A stretch of DNA of 64,000 bases from Eledone cirrhosa (Eukaryota), in NCBI GenBank assembly GCA_964016885.1, contig OZ024748.1, forward strand, positions 28,334,001 through 28,398,000. The letters are read 5' to 3'. A model generated the notes under the pieces. That model was not told the DNA's origin, did not search any database, and worked only from the letters and a program-made list of their open reading frames with translations. How positions within the stretch are numbered: position 1 is the first letter of the stretch; every line of letters starts with the position of its first letter. The position numbers and the translations under genes are program-made. Below are positions 25,892 through 39,835 of the stretch, one piece after another.

Positions 25892-27136
25892 ATGGGAAGG
25901 TGGATTGGGTGGACCACACCCCAAAACAATGATCAGGTAAGAAAAATGGTCGCGCATGAAATAGGGGCTAGTATTAAAACTACCCTGAAGGGCCATATAC
26001 TCAAATTCAACGAAAAGATCTACACCCAAAATGAGGGAGCAGCCATTGGCGTCAGCATAGCTGGTGATGTTGCCAATCTAGTTATGGTATGGTGGGAAAG
26101 GAGACTCAAAGATCTCCTTGAAGAGAGCTCCATATACCTCATCATGTACTCTCGTTACGTAGACGATATTAATATAGTAATAAGGACTCCCACACAAAAG
26201 AGTACTAACGAATATGATTTAGAATATAGCACAATGGAAAGCTTCCAGCAGATAGCTAACTCCATACACCAGAGTATAACTGTAACTGTTGACTACCCTT
26301 CCAAACACCCTAACAATAGACTACCTGTATTAGACACGGAACTCTGGATTAACACTATAGACGAGAGAGTCCAAATTCTCTCACACTACGCTAAACCCAT
26401 TACCTCCAAATACCTGATACTCAAAAACTCAGCAATGTCCAGTAGTGCTAAGTTTAATATTCTGATCGCAGACTTGGTACGAGTGATGAAGAACGTGTCC
26501 CACATGTGCGACCCAACAGAAATGGAAAGACAGATCCAACACTTCATCGACCGCATGCAGTTCTCTGGCTACAACCAAAGAGACAGAGTCAGAGTATACA
26601 AAGAAGCCACGGAGAATTATAAGACCCTCATAGAACTGGATTTGAAAGGAATTTACCCATTATACAGGAGCAAATCATGGAATAGCTTAGATAGGACTAA
26701 ACATAAGATAAGGAAAGCCACCTCATGGTACGACAACCAGAGATACCAGAGTGTCATGTTCGTCGACGCTACTCCTGGAGGGAAATTAGCTAGCCAATGT
26801 AGAAAGGCGCTGAGAAAGACCCACTTAAAGATTAAAGTGGTAGAAAAGCCAGGAACTACCATAAAATTCCTGATCAGCAAAACATACCCTTTTAAGAAAA
26901 CCCACTGTACTAATAGGAAATGTGTTATATGTAAAGTAAAACCCCAGATAAACTGTAAAACTAGAAATGTAGTCTATAGCGTAAGATGTACAGAGGGTAC
27001 TTGCAGAAACATGACAACATACATAGGTGAGACAGCTCGAAGCATAGGAGAAAGAATAGATCAACACCAGGGGAAATTAAAAGGACAAAGTAAAAAACGG
27101 TTCAGTACTATACGAACATGCCAGACAACAACATAG
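25892..27136 (+). pseudogene. PLE reverse transcriptase/GIY-YIG ORF remnant (414 aa open stretch)
   Basis: ORF track; frameshifts on both sides. Confidence 0.9.
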
Positions 27137-27527
27137 ACAACATAGAAATTAAAATAATATCTATACATAGAAATGACCCAGCAGGTAGGCAAATCAGAGA
27201 AGCAAGCGAAATAGAGCTTAGAAAGCCAAAGCTAAACAGAAAAAAATGAATGGAATAACAACACCCAAACAAAGAATACTGACTTAAGAGAACTATAAAT
27301 AAATAAATAAATATATACACAAGCACAATAACAACAAACACATATAAACACACACTAATAAACTAAGATAGAATATAATAACCAAAACACAGTCACCCAA
27401 ACGCGAACACATACACCAAACACTATACACACACGCAAACGCATGCCCAGAGAAGAAGAGAAAAATAAATAAATAAACAGATAAAATAAAAATGGCGTAG
27501 ACATACAATACAACAGGAGGAAACATA

Positions 27528-27582
27528 ATAGTACCACTGATGATGTTGCAGATGTGCAACGAAAGAACTTTATTAGACTATA
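27528..27582 (+). ncRNA. Hammerhead motif, family C
   Basis: CTGATGA (27537) t gttgca gatg tgcaac GAAA gaactt; minimal helix III, triplet CUU. Confidence 0.7.
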
Positions 27583-27759
27583 TATATGTATTTATATCTG
27601 TATTTTTGACCGTTGGTCAGTCAATGATAAACATTGATTGCCAAATGAATTAACTATGGAGATATAAAAGACACAGAAGTGAAAACCAACAAAACAGTGA
27701 GTGTGTTGTGTTTTTATTTCTGGCAATATTATTACAACAATATAACCCTTCCCAAGTAT

Positions 27760-27847
<88 letters not shown>

Positions 27848-27918
27848 TATATAGTAATAATAATAAATTTGGAGACTAAAATCCAAAGAAGGCTCGATTC
27901 ACAGATTGATTTTTTTTT

Positions 27919-27969
27919 AGTTTCAGAAGATCCCGTTAAGGGTGAAAGCAGCGATTCTTTGCTTAAACT
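27919..27969 (+). ncRNA. Hammerhead-like motif, family A (CAGAAGA)
   Basis: Same fold as 10043-10093; sits in a short island between (TA)n. Confidence 0.6.
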
Positions 27970-28033
27970 TTAATCTGTTATTTTAATAAAAATTAATATA
28001 ATATATATATATAATATTTATATATATATATAA

Positions 28034-28100
<67 letters not shown>

Positions 28101-28183
28101 CGTTATTCCGGGTTGAATCGGAGGTAACCACAGTAAGTAAGGTACTCAATACATTGCAGAGTATAAAAGTTTTAATATAGATG

Positions 28184-28234
28184 AGATTCTACAGGACTAG
28201 AACTGTTTCATTCTTTAGAAATCATCATGAATCT
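28184..28234 (-). ncRNA. Hammerhead motif, family E (C3A core)
   Basis: Reverse complement of 32206-32256. Confidence 0.65.
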
Positions 28235-28846
28235 GGGTATCAAAAAATAAATAAATATGGTATTTATAGGTCACTTCAGGTGGTAGGAGAGGGTAGGGAA
28301 TGGGATGGGTAGAGGTCATTGGTTGATAGAAAAGGGAATTCATTAAAAGCTAATTCTTTAAGGCTATAATTTATATTTAGAGTAACAAAGGCAGATAGAA
28401 TTCTATAAACAAGTTCAGAATGGGGTGCCACTCCTTATTTTTAAGTTTCTCTTGAACTAACAATGCCTAGATTTCAGGTGTCATTGGGGGTCAGTCATGG
28501 TTGATGGATTTAAAGAATAGGGAAATTCTTTAAAAGCTAATTCTTTAAGGTTCTACTTAGAGTGACAAAGGACTAGAGAATTCTATAGACCAGTTCAAAA
28601 TATTGAGTGCATATCATACCATTATCTTCAAATTTCTCTTAAACTATATTCCAAAAGTCAACAGACACATTCACAAACACACTCACTCACACACTCGCGC
28701 GCACCCATATACACCCACACATACATATATATATATATATATATTTACAATCATATATACATATACATATACACACACACATACACACATATAAATATAT
28801 ATATATATATATATATCTATATATATATATACACATATATATACAT

Positions 28847-28933
<87 letters not shown>

Positions 28934-29020
28934 TACATATACACACATATACATACATATATATATATATATATACACACACATAAAACCATATAAACAT
29001 ATATATATATACATACACAT

Positions 29021-29623
29021 GGTGGCTGCCAACTCGTTTTCGAGTACGGCCACTACTTTATATCCATGTAGGAGAACCCCTACCGATGCGCTGAACGAGT
29101 GTGACTTTTTAGTCCAGCCAGCGACTTGAAAACTCTGGTACAAACACTACACTTGTGACAATTATTGACACATAGTGCTGGGCCCATGGCACCATGTGAC
29201 GACAAGTGCAGAGAGATCTCCAGATACAAAGCAATGCCTGTGCCGTGAAGCTTTTATAGTGAGCAAAGGCACTGCACAAAGCCAGTCCCACTCTCTTAAC
29301 CAAGATGATATTTACCAAAAAGAAGAACAAGTCAACATCATTGGATACCATTAGGGTTGCAGGTGTCATATCAGAGTTTTCCTTCTCCTAGAATTCTGCC
29401 TTGACAACGGCTAAGGGGTCATCTCTCCCGGTGATTTTGGATGGCCATTGACTCTTAAGAGCTCCGTTGCCCTTTGACAGGTTTTGTTTTTAGTCCTGCA
29501 GGATGTCCAAAGTCACCCTCCTCACCAAGAAACCTTGGTGGGGTTGCCAGTTTAGTCGCCAACGACCCGACCATGGGACAGGTTGTACTGGGATACAACC
29601 TGTCTCATGGTCGGGTCGTTGGC
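29021..29623 (-). mobile_element. Probable RTE 5'UTR-derived fragment ending in a 30-bp hairpin
   Basis: Minus-strand 'ctaggagaaggaaaactctga' motif recalled from RTE 5'UTRs; 29270-29345 resembles the reverse complement of 45640-45720. Confidence 0.45.
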
Positions 29624-29746
29624 ATATACATACATATATATATATATTTATATATATATACACATACATACATATACACATACATACATATACACACATA
29701 CACACATGTACACATATACACAACATATATACACATACATACAAAT

Positions 29747-29829
<83 letters not shown>

Positions 29830-30020
29830 TATACATATACACACACACACATATACATAAATACACATGTATACACATACACACATACACATATATATAC
29901 ACACAAATACACACATATATACATATATACATATATAAATATATATAATATATAATAAATAACAAAGAACGCCTATAGCATATGCATATCTTTACTTGCT
30001 AACATTGTTTCATCCGCACT

Positions 30021-30062
<42 letters not shown>

Positions 30063-30258
30063 CACATACACACACACATATACATACATACACACATACA
30101 TATATATATACATACACACATACATACATATACACACATATATATACATATATACACATATACACACATACACACATATGCATATATACATATATATACG
30201 CACATACATACATACATATATATATATATATACACACATACACACACATACACATATA

Positions 30259-30311
<53 letters not shown>

Positions 30312-30623
30312 TATACATACATATATATATACACACATATACACATATATACATATATACATATATACACATACATACATACATACTTACATACACATAT
30401 ATACACATACACACACAGACATACACACATACATATATACATATATACACACACATATATATACACACATACATACACATGCATAAACATATATATAAAC
30501 ACATATACACACATACACAAAAACATACATATACACGCAATACAAATACACACACACATGTACATATATATATATATACACACATATACATATATACACA
30601 TACAAACATACATACATATACAT

Positions 30624-30890
30624 ATACAAGTTAATATAAATTAATATATGATAAACACACAAGTGTTTGTATTGTAAAAGACATTAAAAGACATTATTTT
30701 AAATTGAGACAGGCAAACTATATTTATTTGAATTAGTTTATTTCATTCTAGCTAACTTCGTCTTTTACGATACAAACACTTGTGTGTTTATCATATATTA
30801 ATTTATATTAACTTGTATTTCACGGCTCAGAAATGCTTCTTTCTTTGAGCTAATTAATTGTAAAGGACTGTTTGAGTTTATCACTCTAAA
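30624..30890. repeat. ~58-bp inverted repeat with 78-bp spacer and one-sided tail
   Basis: 30624-30682 vs 30761-30818; tail contains 'gctc...gagc' (30825-30850). Confidence 0.85.
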
Positions 30891-30923
30891 TATAATATAA
30901 TACATATACATATATACAGATAT

Positions 30924-30988
<65 letters not shown>

Positions 30989-31091
30989 TATATACATATA
31001 TACACGCATATATACATATACTCATACATATACATACATATATATACACATATATATACATACATATACATACATATATATACACATATAT

Positions 31092-31142
<51 letters not shown>

Positions 31143-31444
31143 TACACATACACACATACATATATATACACATACATACATACACACATACATATATACA
31201 CACACACATATATATATATACATATACACACACATACACATACACACAAGTATACACATATATATATACAAATACATACATATACATATATATATATATA
31301 CATATACACACATACACATACATATATACACCCATATATATACATACACACATAATACACATACATACCCATATATATACATATATATACATACACATAC
31401 ATACACATATATATATACATATATATATACATATATATATATAC

Positions 31445-31505
<61 letters not shown>

Positions 31506-31510
31506 TACAC

Positions 31511-31561
<51 letters not shown>

Positions 31562-31586
31562 AATATATACATACATACACATATAT

Positions 31587-31699
<113 letters not shown>

Positions 31700-31904
31700 C
31701 ATACATACAAATAAGTACTCAATAAATATACGCATGTACACAAGTACATAAAAACAGCTCTGCAGGCAGAAAATGCAGATAGGTAAGAGGTACTCACATA
31801 ACCATAGTGGCCGTATTTCAGGTTGAGGAGGGGTGGCGGTAGAGTGGGAAGGAGGTAGAGGGGCTAAAAGGAGGAGGTCGTTTTTAGCCATCGGGCTTTA
31901 ACAC

Positions 31905-32050
31905 TGGCTTAAGGTATTTGAAAGTTGCAAAGTTCTTGTGCATGCAGTTCGGGCAGTGTTCAGAGAGTTTGTTCAGTAGCGATCCTTGGCGAATAAAATT
32001 TCGTAGCTCTCTGAGATACAAAGGTCGCAGCCCTTGTGTCCTCCCTTGTT
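31905..32050 (-). pseudogene. Naiad-type GIY-YIG C-terminal fragment
   Basis: Hand translation 'KGGHKGCDLCISESYEILF' / frameshift / 'LLNKLSEHCPNCMHK', same pattern as 'CNLCLLE...LLNKKSE..SCQH' at 35414-35698. Confidence 0.8.
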
Positions 32051-32205
32051 TATAGAATTCTTTCTGCCTTTGTTACTCTAAATATAAACATTAGCTTTTA
32101 ATGAATTCCCTTTTCTATCAACCAATGACCTCTACCCATCCCACTCCCTACCCTCTCCTACCACCTGAAGAGACCTATAAATACCATTTTTATTTTTTGA
32201 TACCC

Positions 32206-32256
32206 AGATTCATGATGATTTCTAAAGAATGAAACAGTTCTAGTCCTGTAGAATCT
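32206..32256 (+). ncRNA. Hammerhead motif, family E (C3A core)
   Basis: agattc/gaatct helix I; ATGATGA; ttc/gaa helix II; GAA acag/ctgt helix III; GUA triplet. Confidence 0.65.
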
Positions 32257-32327
32257 CATCTATATATATATATATATATATGGCAAGTAAGTATGTTTTG
32301 AAACAGTGAGCGAGTTTGAAATTAGAA

Positions 32328-32398
<71 letters not shown>

Positions 32399-32575
32399 GT
32401 ATCCACTGTAAGTTTCGGGGTCTATTCTGCATGAAGAACTCGATGTAATCCATATGTTGAAAATGTTGTAGGTTAAGATAAATCTCAGAAAACAATAAAA
32501 CATTAAAAGGAAAACAGTCATGATGTAAGTTAAAACAATGACATAAAAAATCAAGTCATTAGAGATATACTTCAC

Positions 32576-32711
32576 TGCTTTACGATCGTTTCTAGATGGT
32601 GATAATACATTGTATCTATACTCAGTTATTGATTGATCTATGTAAGTTTACAAACTATCAGATAGAGAGAATATTTACTTACATGCATATCACCAGCTGT
32701 TTTCAAAAGCA
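32576..32711 (-). ncRNA. Hammerhead variant, UUGAAAA core, long helix II
   Basis: Mirror of 32717-32848. Confidence 0.55.
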
Positions 32712-32716
32712 AATTT

Positions 32717-32848
32717 TGCTTTTGAAAACAGCTGGTGATATGCATGTAAGTAAATATTCTCTCTATCTGATAGTTTGTAAACTTACATAGATCAATAACT
32801 GAGTATAGATACAATGTATTATCACCATCTAGAAACGATCGTAAAGCA
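32717..32848 (+). ncRNA. Hammerhead variant, UUGAAAA core (U3-A8), ~103-nt helix II
   Basis: tgctt/aagca helix I; TTGAAAA 32722-32728; tggtgata/tatcacca helix II base; GAAAC GATC GTA 32832-32843. Confidence 0.55.
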
Positions 32849-32994
32849 GTGAAGTATATCTCTAATGACTTGCTTTTTTATTTCATTGTTTTAATGAGTG
32901 TGTGTGGGAAATAAATAACTCCATCCTCTTTTGCCCTGTTTATTATTGTTTTTATAGGAATGTTTTCTTCAAGGTGTAACATAGTGTATTGAAA

Positions 32995-33094
<100 letters not shown>

Positions 33095-33142
33095 AATAAT
33101 CTTTATTTGTCTGCCTCTCTGTTTTGTTCCCGTCTAAATTTG

Positions 33143-33198
<56 letters not shown>

Positions 33199-33401
33199 TT
33201 AAGGATACTATTTATGGTTATGTATGTAATAAAACCTTTTATGGTAATATATTTTTTATACAAACCCTAAATAGTGAAAGATAGTCATTAATTACTATCT
33301 TATTACCAGTAAGATAAATAGCTCAATGTAATAACATTGGTTGTTTTACAGAGCAGTTATATAGAGATTACAATAATCAAAGTTCAGTTTAAATCATTTA
33401 T

Positions 33402-33450
33402 TTGCTTACAATTGTTTCCTCCAAACCGAGGTTTGGATTCTTCGGAGCAA
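33402..33450 (-). ncRNA. Minimal hammerhead, CCGAAGA core
   Basis: ttgct/agcaa; CCGAAGA; tccaaacc/ggtttgga; GAAAC AATT GTA with palindromic loop. Confidence 0.75.
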
Positions 33451-34529
33451 CTATTTAGTGATCTATAACATACTTGACCTCCTTTTCAACACAAGAGACA
33501 TATAAAACATATGCACATATTGATCCACAGTGAGATGAAATCCATCAAAATGATATAGCATGGCAATTTACATATAAAGGTTAAAGGATAAAAATAAAAA
33601 TAAAAATAAAAATAAAAATAAAAATAAAAATAAAAATAAAAATGGAAATAAAAATGAAGCATTGGCAGTTTATGAAGATAAAGCAAGAAGAAAGTTTAGA
33701 GTAGTCAGTGTATGAAACAATCTCACGTGTAGCATGCACGCGTGTCTTATTTATACAGGATTAGAGTGCGTCAGAATGTTATTTGCAGGGTCAGGCAGTT
33801 GAAGCAGGCAATCGATATTATTATGTGGGCTGAATTATTAAATCATTTTTTCGCATACACCTGTATGATATACAGTCCCGAATGTAGAGAAACACCAAAA
33901 TATCAAAAATTCCAAACATATTATAAACCATATTACATCGTAGGCAAAACAGTACCACTGTCTTCGCGCACACCACCACTCACATAATCCATGAGACGCA
34001 ATATATAGACCACGGGTCTATCATATAATTCACGATAGTTCAGCATATAACCAAGTTATAAACCGTATCTTGTCGATTCTTAATTAATAGGTCATGTTGT
34101 TTAGTTTTGTGTGATGATATTATATTCCGGAAGTGTCTGTATGACCAAGGGGAATTAATGCGTAAGGGGAGGTAACTAGCTGGTTTTCTTAGTTAAATTT
34201 ATTATCCCAAATTACATTAATGGTGTTTCAAATAAGTGCCTACCATATGATGTTTTAACTAATTTCTAGAATATGTTACTTATTTATAGGTTACAGTGTT
34301 GTCTATTAAGAAGTACTAGGGTGAATATATTAGGATGATTACCTTCTATTAAGGGGTGTCATATCTGAACATTCTATAAGAAGAGTCAGACCCCCACATC
34401 AATGTTCTTTGTAAATGTAATTCCTCCCGCAGGACCTGGCATGGTCCTATTATTATATATGACTCCCGGTAGGCTCTGGGTCATTGTATGTCTGAATCCT
34501 TGGTAAATCTGAATATCTTCAGGATGGTC

Positions 34530-34830
34530 CGGAGATCAAATTTCTCATATAAAGACACCAGTCTGGCCATCAAGCAATAGATTACCCCATCTCATATATA
34601 AATTAAATTAGGTATCTTATCTACAAATTAGAGTAGAGTCTATTAATAGGTACTAAAGGAGTTCATATCATGATGATTACAATCTGGAGATCAAATCTCT
34701 CATATAAAGACACCAGTCTGGCCATCAAGCAATAGATTACCCCCATCTCATATATAGATTAAATTAGGTATCTTATCTACAAATTAGAGTGGAGTCTATT
34801 AATAAGTACTACCATGATGATTACAATCCA
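34530..34830. repeat. ~155-bp tandem duplication in the PLE 3'UTR
   Basis: 'ggagatcaaat...agtctattaata.gtacta' occurs twice (~34531, ~34686); a more diverged unit at ~34865-35038. Confidence 0.85.
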
Positions 34831-35413
34831 ATATGGAGTGCCACACCTGGATAATCTATAAGAAGGGTCAGACTACAAAATTAATTATATGGGTCTCACT
34901 ACTAATAATGGTCTTATTATCATACAAGACTCCCGGCAAGTTTCAGGTCATAGTATGACTGCATCCCCGGTGAATTCACCAGGGTGGTCCGGGGGCCAGT
35001 TCTCTCATCAAAAGATACCAATCAGGTCATCAAGCAACACAGAAACTCCTAACTCATGTATCACCTGTGCATAATTCATTGTACTGATCGTATAGAATAT
35101 ATAGTCACATAATAATAAGATTACCTACTTAATCATCAATCTATCTCATGGTGGCATTCCATGCACAGGATTATGTTATCACAACCAATACCATGTCTAC
35201 AGTTTATATTAATCATATATTTGTGCAATGCAGTTTAAGTAATCCACGGCCGAGATATCAGAATTAGAAGTACATGGGGGTATCCCCAGGGTAGATGGTA
35301 CTATAATGCTGCCAGTATTACCCTTAGAGTATATAAATGGGTGTGGAGATGAGGTGTAAGGTGTGCCACTGATGCTAATTGCTAGGGGTGGTGACGGTTC
35401 CAGTCTGACATTG

Positions 35414-37125
35414 TTATATATAGGGTTTAAAGTTTTGGAAAGAGTATCGGAAGCGGTGTTGGCAAGATGCGAACACTTCTGATTTTTTATTAAGGAGATT
35501 ATGGTTAGAGAAGATGATAGTATGGGTCTCTAGTAGACAGAGATTACAAAATTTATTAGGTGGTTTGTACGATGTTGTACCACCTACCACTTCCCATTTA
35601 AGTGTATATATTTTATTTTTAGTTTTTAGATAGTGTATGTAGCTAGATAGTGAAGTGGAGTTGGCTAGACTGTGTTTTTTGAAAGAGTGGAGGTGCAAAT
35701 TGTATCTAGTTTTGAAGCAGCTAGAAGTAGAGCCTATATAGGTTTCAGAAGAGTTGTTAGTTGTGACTGTACATGAGTATATGATATCCTTGGTTAAGCA
35801 TTTTTTATCTAAAGGGCAGGTTCTATTTGATCTACAGTTACAATTATTCTGGGTGCTAGTCTGCCGGTTACTATGCTGTGTAGAAGTTTGGATGTTAGTT
35901 ATGTGGGTTGTCGTTCGCAGCGTTAATGCTTACACTAATACTATTATTTCTATTGATATTATGGTTAGTTGCTATAATGTTATTTTGAATGTTATTTTGA
36001 AGGTTTATCGTCTGTTGTGATTTAGTTTGTTGGAAGTAAGAATTAATTTTTCTTTTATTGCTACTAGCTATGTGGTATGCTAAGTTAGGCGTAGTAGAGT
36101 ATGAGATTTTAATAGTGTTTTTGTTTAAAAGGCTATGGTACCTGTGGCCGGATGGGAAGTGTTTATCCAGTAGTGAGAAGAAAGCCCTAGGTAGGTTGGT
36201 AGAGACGTTTAGATTGAAAGGAGGGTTGAAAAATGTATTATTTCTTCTTCTATTTCTGTTTTTTATGTCTGGTGATTTGTTTCCTTTAATGCTACTATGG
36301 TAATTTTTGTGGTGTGGGTTACTTTTGTTGTTACCATCCCTATTAGTGTGTGTGTGGTTGCTATTCCTATTATTAAATTTTCCCATGGACATGTTGTGTG
36401 AAATAATGTTGTAGCTATGCGTTTTTGTAGGTAGGAACTCTATCCCTGTATTATGGCCTGATCTAGCTAATGCCTGATTATAATACTGCGAGTTATTGTT
36501 AAATGTGTTTATGTCATAGGATAGATTAGAGATTCTATTAGATACTCCCTTAGAGATAGAGTTTAATATAGATCTAGGGTGGTTAGACTTGGTATCTACG
36601 TAGATGAGTTTTTCATTAGGTTTGTGAAAAGGTGCATATATCATTGAGTCTAGGTAGAGTGTGGCGTCTAAGAAGTTGACGTTTTTGGTGTTTTTGTCCA
36701 TGGTAATACTAAGGTTATAGTTTTTGAATGTTTTGTGCAATAGTTTTCTAGTTCTTTCTATATTGAATTTTTTATAATCTATAAGTAGAAGTGCATCGTC
36801 GCGATACAAACCACCGCTGAGGTAAGGAAGGTCCCTATGGATTTGGTTAAGTAAATATAGGCCGACTAAATCAGTGACCTGCGCCGAGTCACTAGACCCC
36901 ATGGTAATGTCGAAGTTGTTTTGCGTATCCTTGCGGGTCCATAATTGGTCTTCAAAGGTGATTAGTGTTTTACGGGCCCGCAAGTAAGACATCAATCTGG
37001 GGTCTAGTCAGGTCACTATTGTTCATGGCCATTATAAGTGCCTTATTTAGTAGGATAGGGGAAATAGAGGTGTATTAAGAATTGATATCAAATTGAATAA
37101 TTTTTTTATCCTTGTTATCTTTGAT
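35414..37125 (-). pseudogene. Naiad-type RT + GIY-YIG ORF remnant
   Basis: 'IQFDINS*YTSIS', 'FDITMGSSDSAQVTDLVG', 'GGLYRDDAL', 'NFLD', 'SNHP', 'FNPPF'; after a frameshift near 35900 'CNCRSNRTCPLDKKCL...IIY...YIGST...FKTRY...CNLCLLE'. Confidence 0.92.
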
Positions 37126-37962
37126 ATTTGAAACACCATTAATGTAATTTAGGATAATAAATTTAACTAAGAAAACCAGCTAGTTACCTCCCCTTACGCA
37201 TTAATTCCCCTTGGTCATACAGACACTTCCGGAATATAATATCATCACACAAAACTAAACAACATGACTTATTAATTCAGAATCGACAAGATACGGTTTA
37301 TAACTTGGTTATATGCTGAACCATCGTGAATTATATGATAGACCCGTGGTCTATATATTGCGTCTCATGGATTATGTGAGTGGTGGTGTGCGCGAAGACA
37401 GTGGTACTGTTTTGCCTACGATGTAATATGGTTTATAATATGTTTGGAATTTTTGATATTTTGGTGTTTCTCTACATTCGGGACTGTATATCATACAGGT
37501 GTATGCGAAAAAATGATTTAATAATTCAGCCCACATAATAATATCGATTGCCTGCTTCAACTGCCTGACCCTGCAAATAACATTCTGACGCACTCTAATC
37601 CTGTATAAATAAGACACGCGTGCATGCTACACGTGAGATTGTTTCATACACTGACTACTCTAAACTTTCCTCTTGCTTTATCTTCATAAACTGCCAATGC
37701 TTCATTTTTATTTCCATTTTTATTTTTATTTTTATTTTTATTTTTATTTTTATTTTTATTTTTATTTTTATTTTTATTTTTATTTTTATTTTTATTTTTA
37801 TTTTTATTTTTATTTTTATTTTTATCCTTTAACCTTTATATGTAAATTGCCATGCTATATCATTTTGATGGATGTCATCCCACTGTGGATCGATATGTGC
37901 ATATCTTTTATATGTCTCTTGTGTTGAAAAGGAGGTCAAGTATGTTATAGATCACTAAATAG

Positions 37963-38011
37963 TTGCTCCGAAGAATCCAAACCTCGGTTTGGAGGAAACG
38001 ATTGTAAGCAA
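37963..38011 (+). ncRNA. Minimal hammerhead, CCGAAGA core
   Basis: Mirror of 33402-33450; helix III loop is GATT here. Confidence 0.7.
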
Positions 38012-38042
38012 ATAAATGATTTAAACTGAACTTTGATTATTG

Positions 38043-38171
<129 letters not shown>

Positions 38172-38567
38172 TTTGTATTGCCAGTGGCTCAGACATTTTA
38201 TGTACCAAAAAAAAAAATTAGTTTTAAATCCTGAAACATGATATAAGTTTTTAATATTTTTTCTTTTAAACTAATTTTAAAAAAAATATATTATTGATGT
38301 TTTTGTTGTTAATGACACTTTGATACCCCCCCCCCCCTTCCCACAAACATTATTATGAATAAACAGATAATAAAAAGCCTGGGTGCTTTTCAATTATTGG
38401 AATGTGTACATCCCACCACGACCACCACCCCTCTCTTTATATATTTCTTCATATTAGATGCAAACCAAAAATGAAATTAATGATTGTGCTAAGGGTAATA
38501 TTAATAATGATTATATAATTATATGTGTTTGTATATGCATATATTTGCATAGAACAGTTAGTTCATT

Positions 38568-38689
38568 GTTTTACAATTGTTTCAGAGGATTGGTCAGTGA
38601 AGGTCAATGTATCAACTAGCATGGTAGTGGTTCAGTTACTACCCATTTCCAGTCTCGAAATCTGTGTTCAATCGGCCGTCTTCCGAAAC
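38568..38689 (-). ncRNA. Hammerhead variant, CGGAAGA core, ~95-nt helix II
   Basis: Minus: gttt CGGAAGA ...gattg/caatc... GAAAC AATT GTA aaac; solo island between microsatellites. Confidence 0.55.
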
Positions 38690-38695
38690 TCTGAA

Positions 38696-38735
<40 letters not shown>

Positions 38736-38739
38736 GTAC

Positions 38740-39016
38740 TGTTATACTTGGGGAGGGTCATATTGTTATAATAGTGCCAGAAATAATAACAGAACACACT
38801 CACTGTTTGGTTGGTTTTCTCTTCTGTATCTTTTATATCTCCATAGTTAATTCATTTAGCAATCAATGTTTATCATTGACTGACCAACGGTTAAAAATAC
38901 AGATATAAATATATATATATAGTCTATCAACATTCTTTCGTCACACATCTGCGACATCATCAGTAGTACTATTATGTTTCCTCCCATTGTATTGTTAAGT
39001 TTACGCTAATTTTATT

Positions 39017-39059
<43 letters not shown>

Positions 39060-39666
39060 TTGTCTCTGTCTCTGCGCATGCGTTTGCATGTGTATTTAAT
39101 GTTTGGTGTGTGTGTTCGCGTTTGGATGTATGTGATTTTGTTTCGTATTCTATCTTTGTTCACTAGTGTGTGTTTATATGTGTTTGTTGTTATTGTACTC
39201 GTGTATATATATATATTTATTTATTTATATTTACCTTAAGTTAGTATTGTTTGTTTGGTTATGGTTGTTGTTGTTATTCCATTCGTTCTTTCTGTTCAAC
39301 TTCGGTCTTCTTAGTTCTATCTCAGTTGCTTCTCTGATTTGCCTGTCTGTTGAGTCATTTCTATGTTTAGGTATTATTTTAATTTCTATGTTGTCTATAT
39401 TACTGTCATGTCTTTGTCTGGCGTTTTCATATAGTACTGAACCGTTTTTTTTGTCCTTTTAGCCCCCCCCCCCCCCAGTGTTGGTTTATTCTTTCTCCTA
39501 GCTGTCTCGCCTATGTATGTCGTTGTCATGTTTCTGCAAGTACCCTCTGTACATCTTATGCTATAGACTACATTTCTAGTTTTACAATTTATTCTACATA
39601 TAACACATTTCTTATTCGTACAGTGGGTTTTCTTGTATGTCTTTCTGATCAGGGATTTTATGGTAG
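38740..39666 (-). mobile_element. PLE family C 3' fragment (GIY-YIG + terminal repeat)
   Basis: 'CKTRNVVYSIRCTEGTCRNMTTTYIGETAR' nearly identical to the 25892 ORF; same 3' terminus. Confidence 0.9.
38920..38972 (-). ncRNA. Hammerhead motif, family C
   Basis: CTGATGA t gtcgca gatg tgtgac GAAA gaatgtt; helix II covaries with the 27537 copy. Confidence 0.6.
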
Positions 39667-39835
39667 ATATATATATATACTTATATACGCATACATAAAA
39701 TAGTATATTTGCATCAAGAATAATATAGAATAGTAATGAGTTTATATGAGTACATGTACTGTAATGTATATGTTTATGTATTAATATGTATGTGTTCCAA
39801 CCTATATCCCAGACATCCATACATTATTTTCTCTC

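Larger units (their letters stand above)
25700..27763 (+). mobile_element. Penelope-like element, family C (5'-truncated RT + GIY-YIG + HHR terminal repeat)
   Basis: RT 'YTQNEGAAIG', 'YSRYVDDI', 'LPVLD'; Cys-rich linker; 'VVY...YIGETARS'; frameshifted EN end 'RQIREASEI...LNRKNEW'; ends at (TA)n. Confidence 0.92.
32530..32894. repeat. Near-perfect ~365-bp palindrome centred at 32714
   Basis: Arms are reverse complements with a 4-nt indel and a few substitutions; 1-nt centre. Confidence 0.95.

Noticed and set aside
35414-36995. Selenoprotein-type Naiad (in-frame UGA plus SECIS)
   Set aside because: The break near 35895 is a frameshift with TAA. Cys positions in the EN region are TGT/TGC. No SECIS recognised by eye (not computed).
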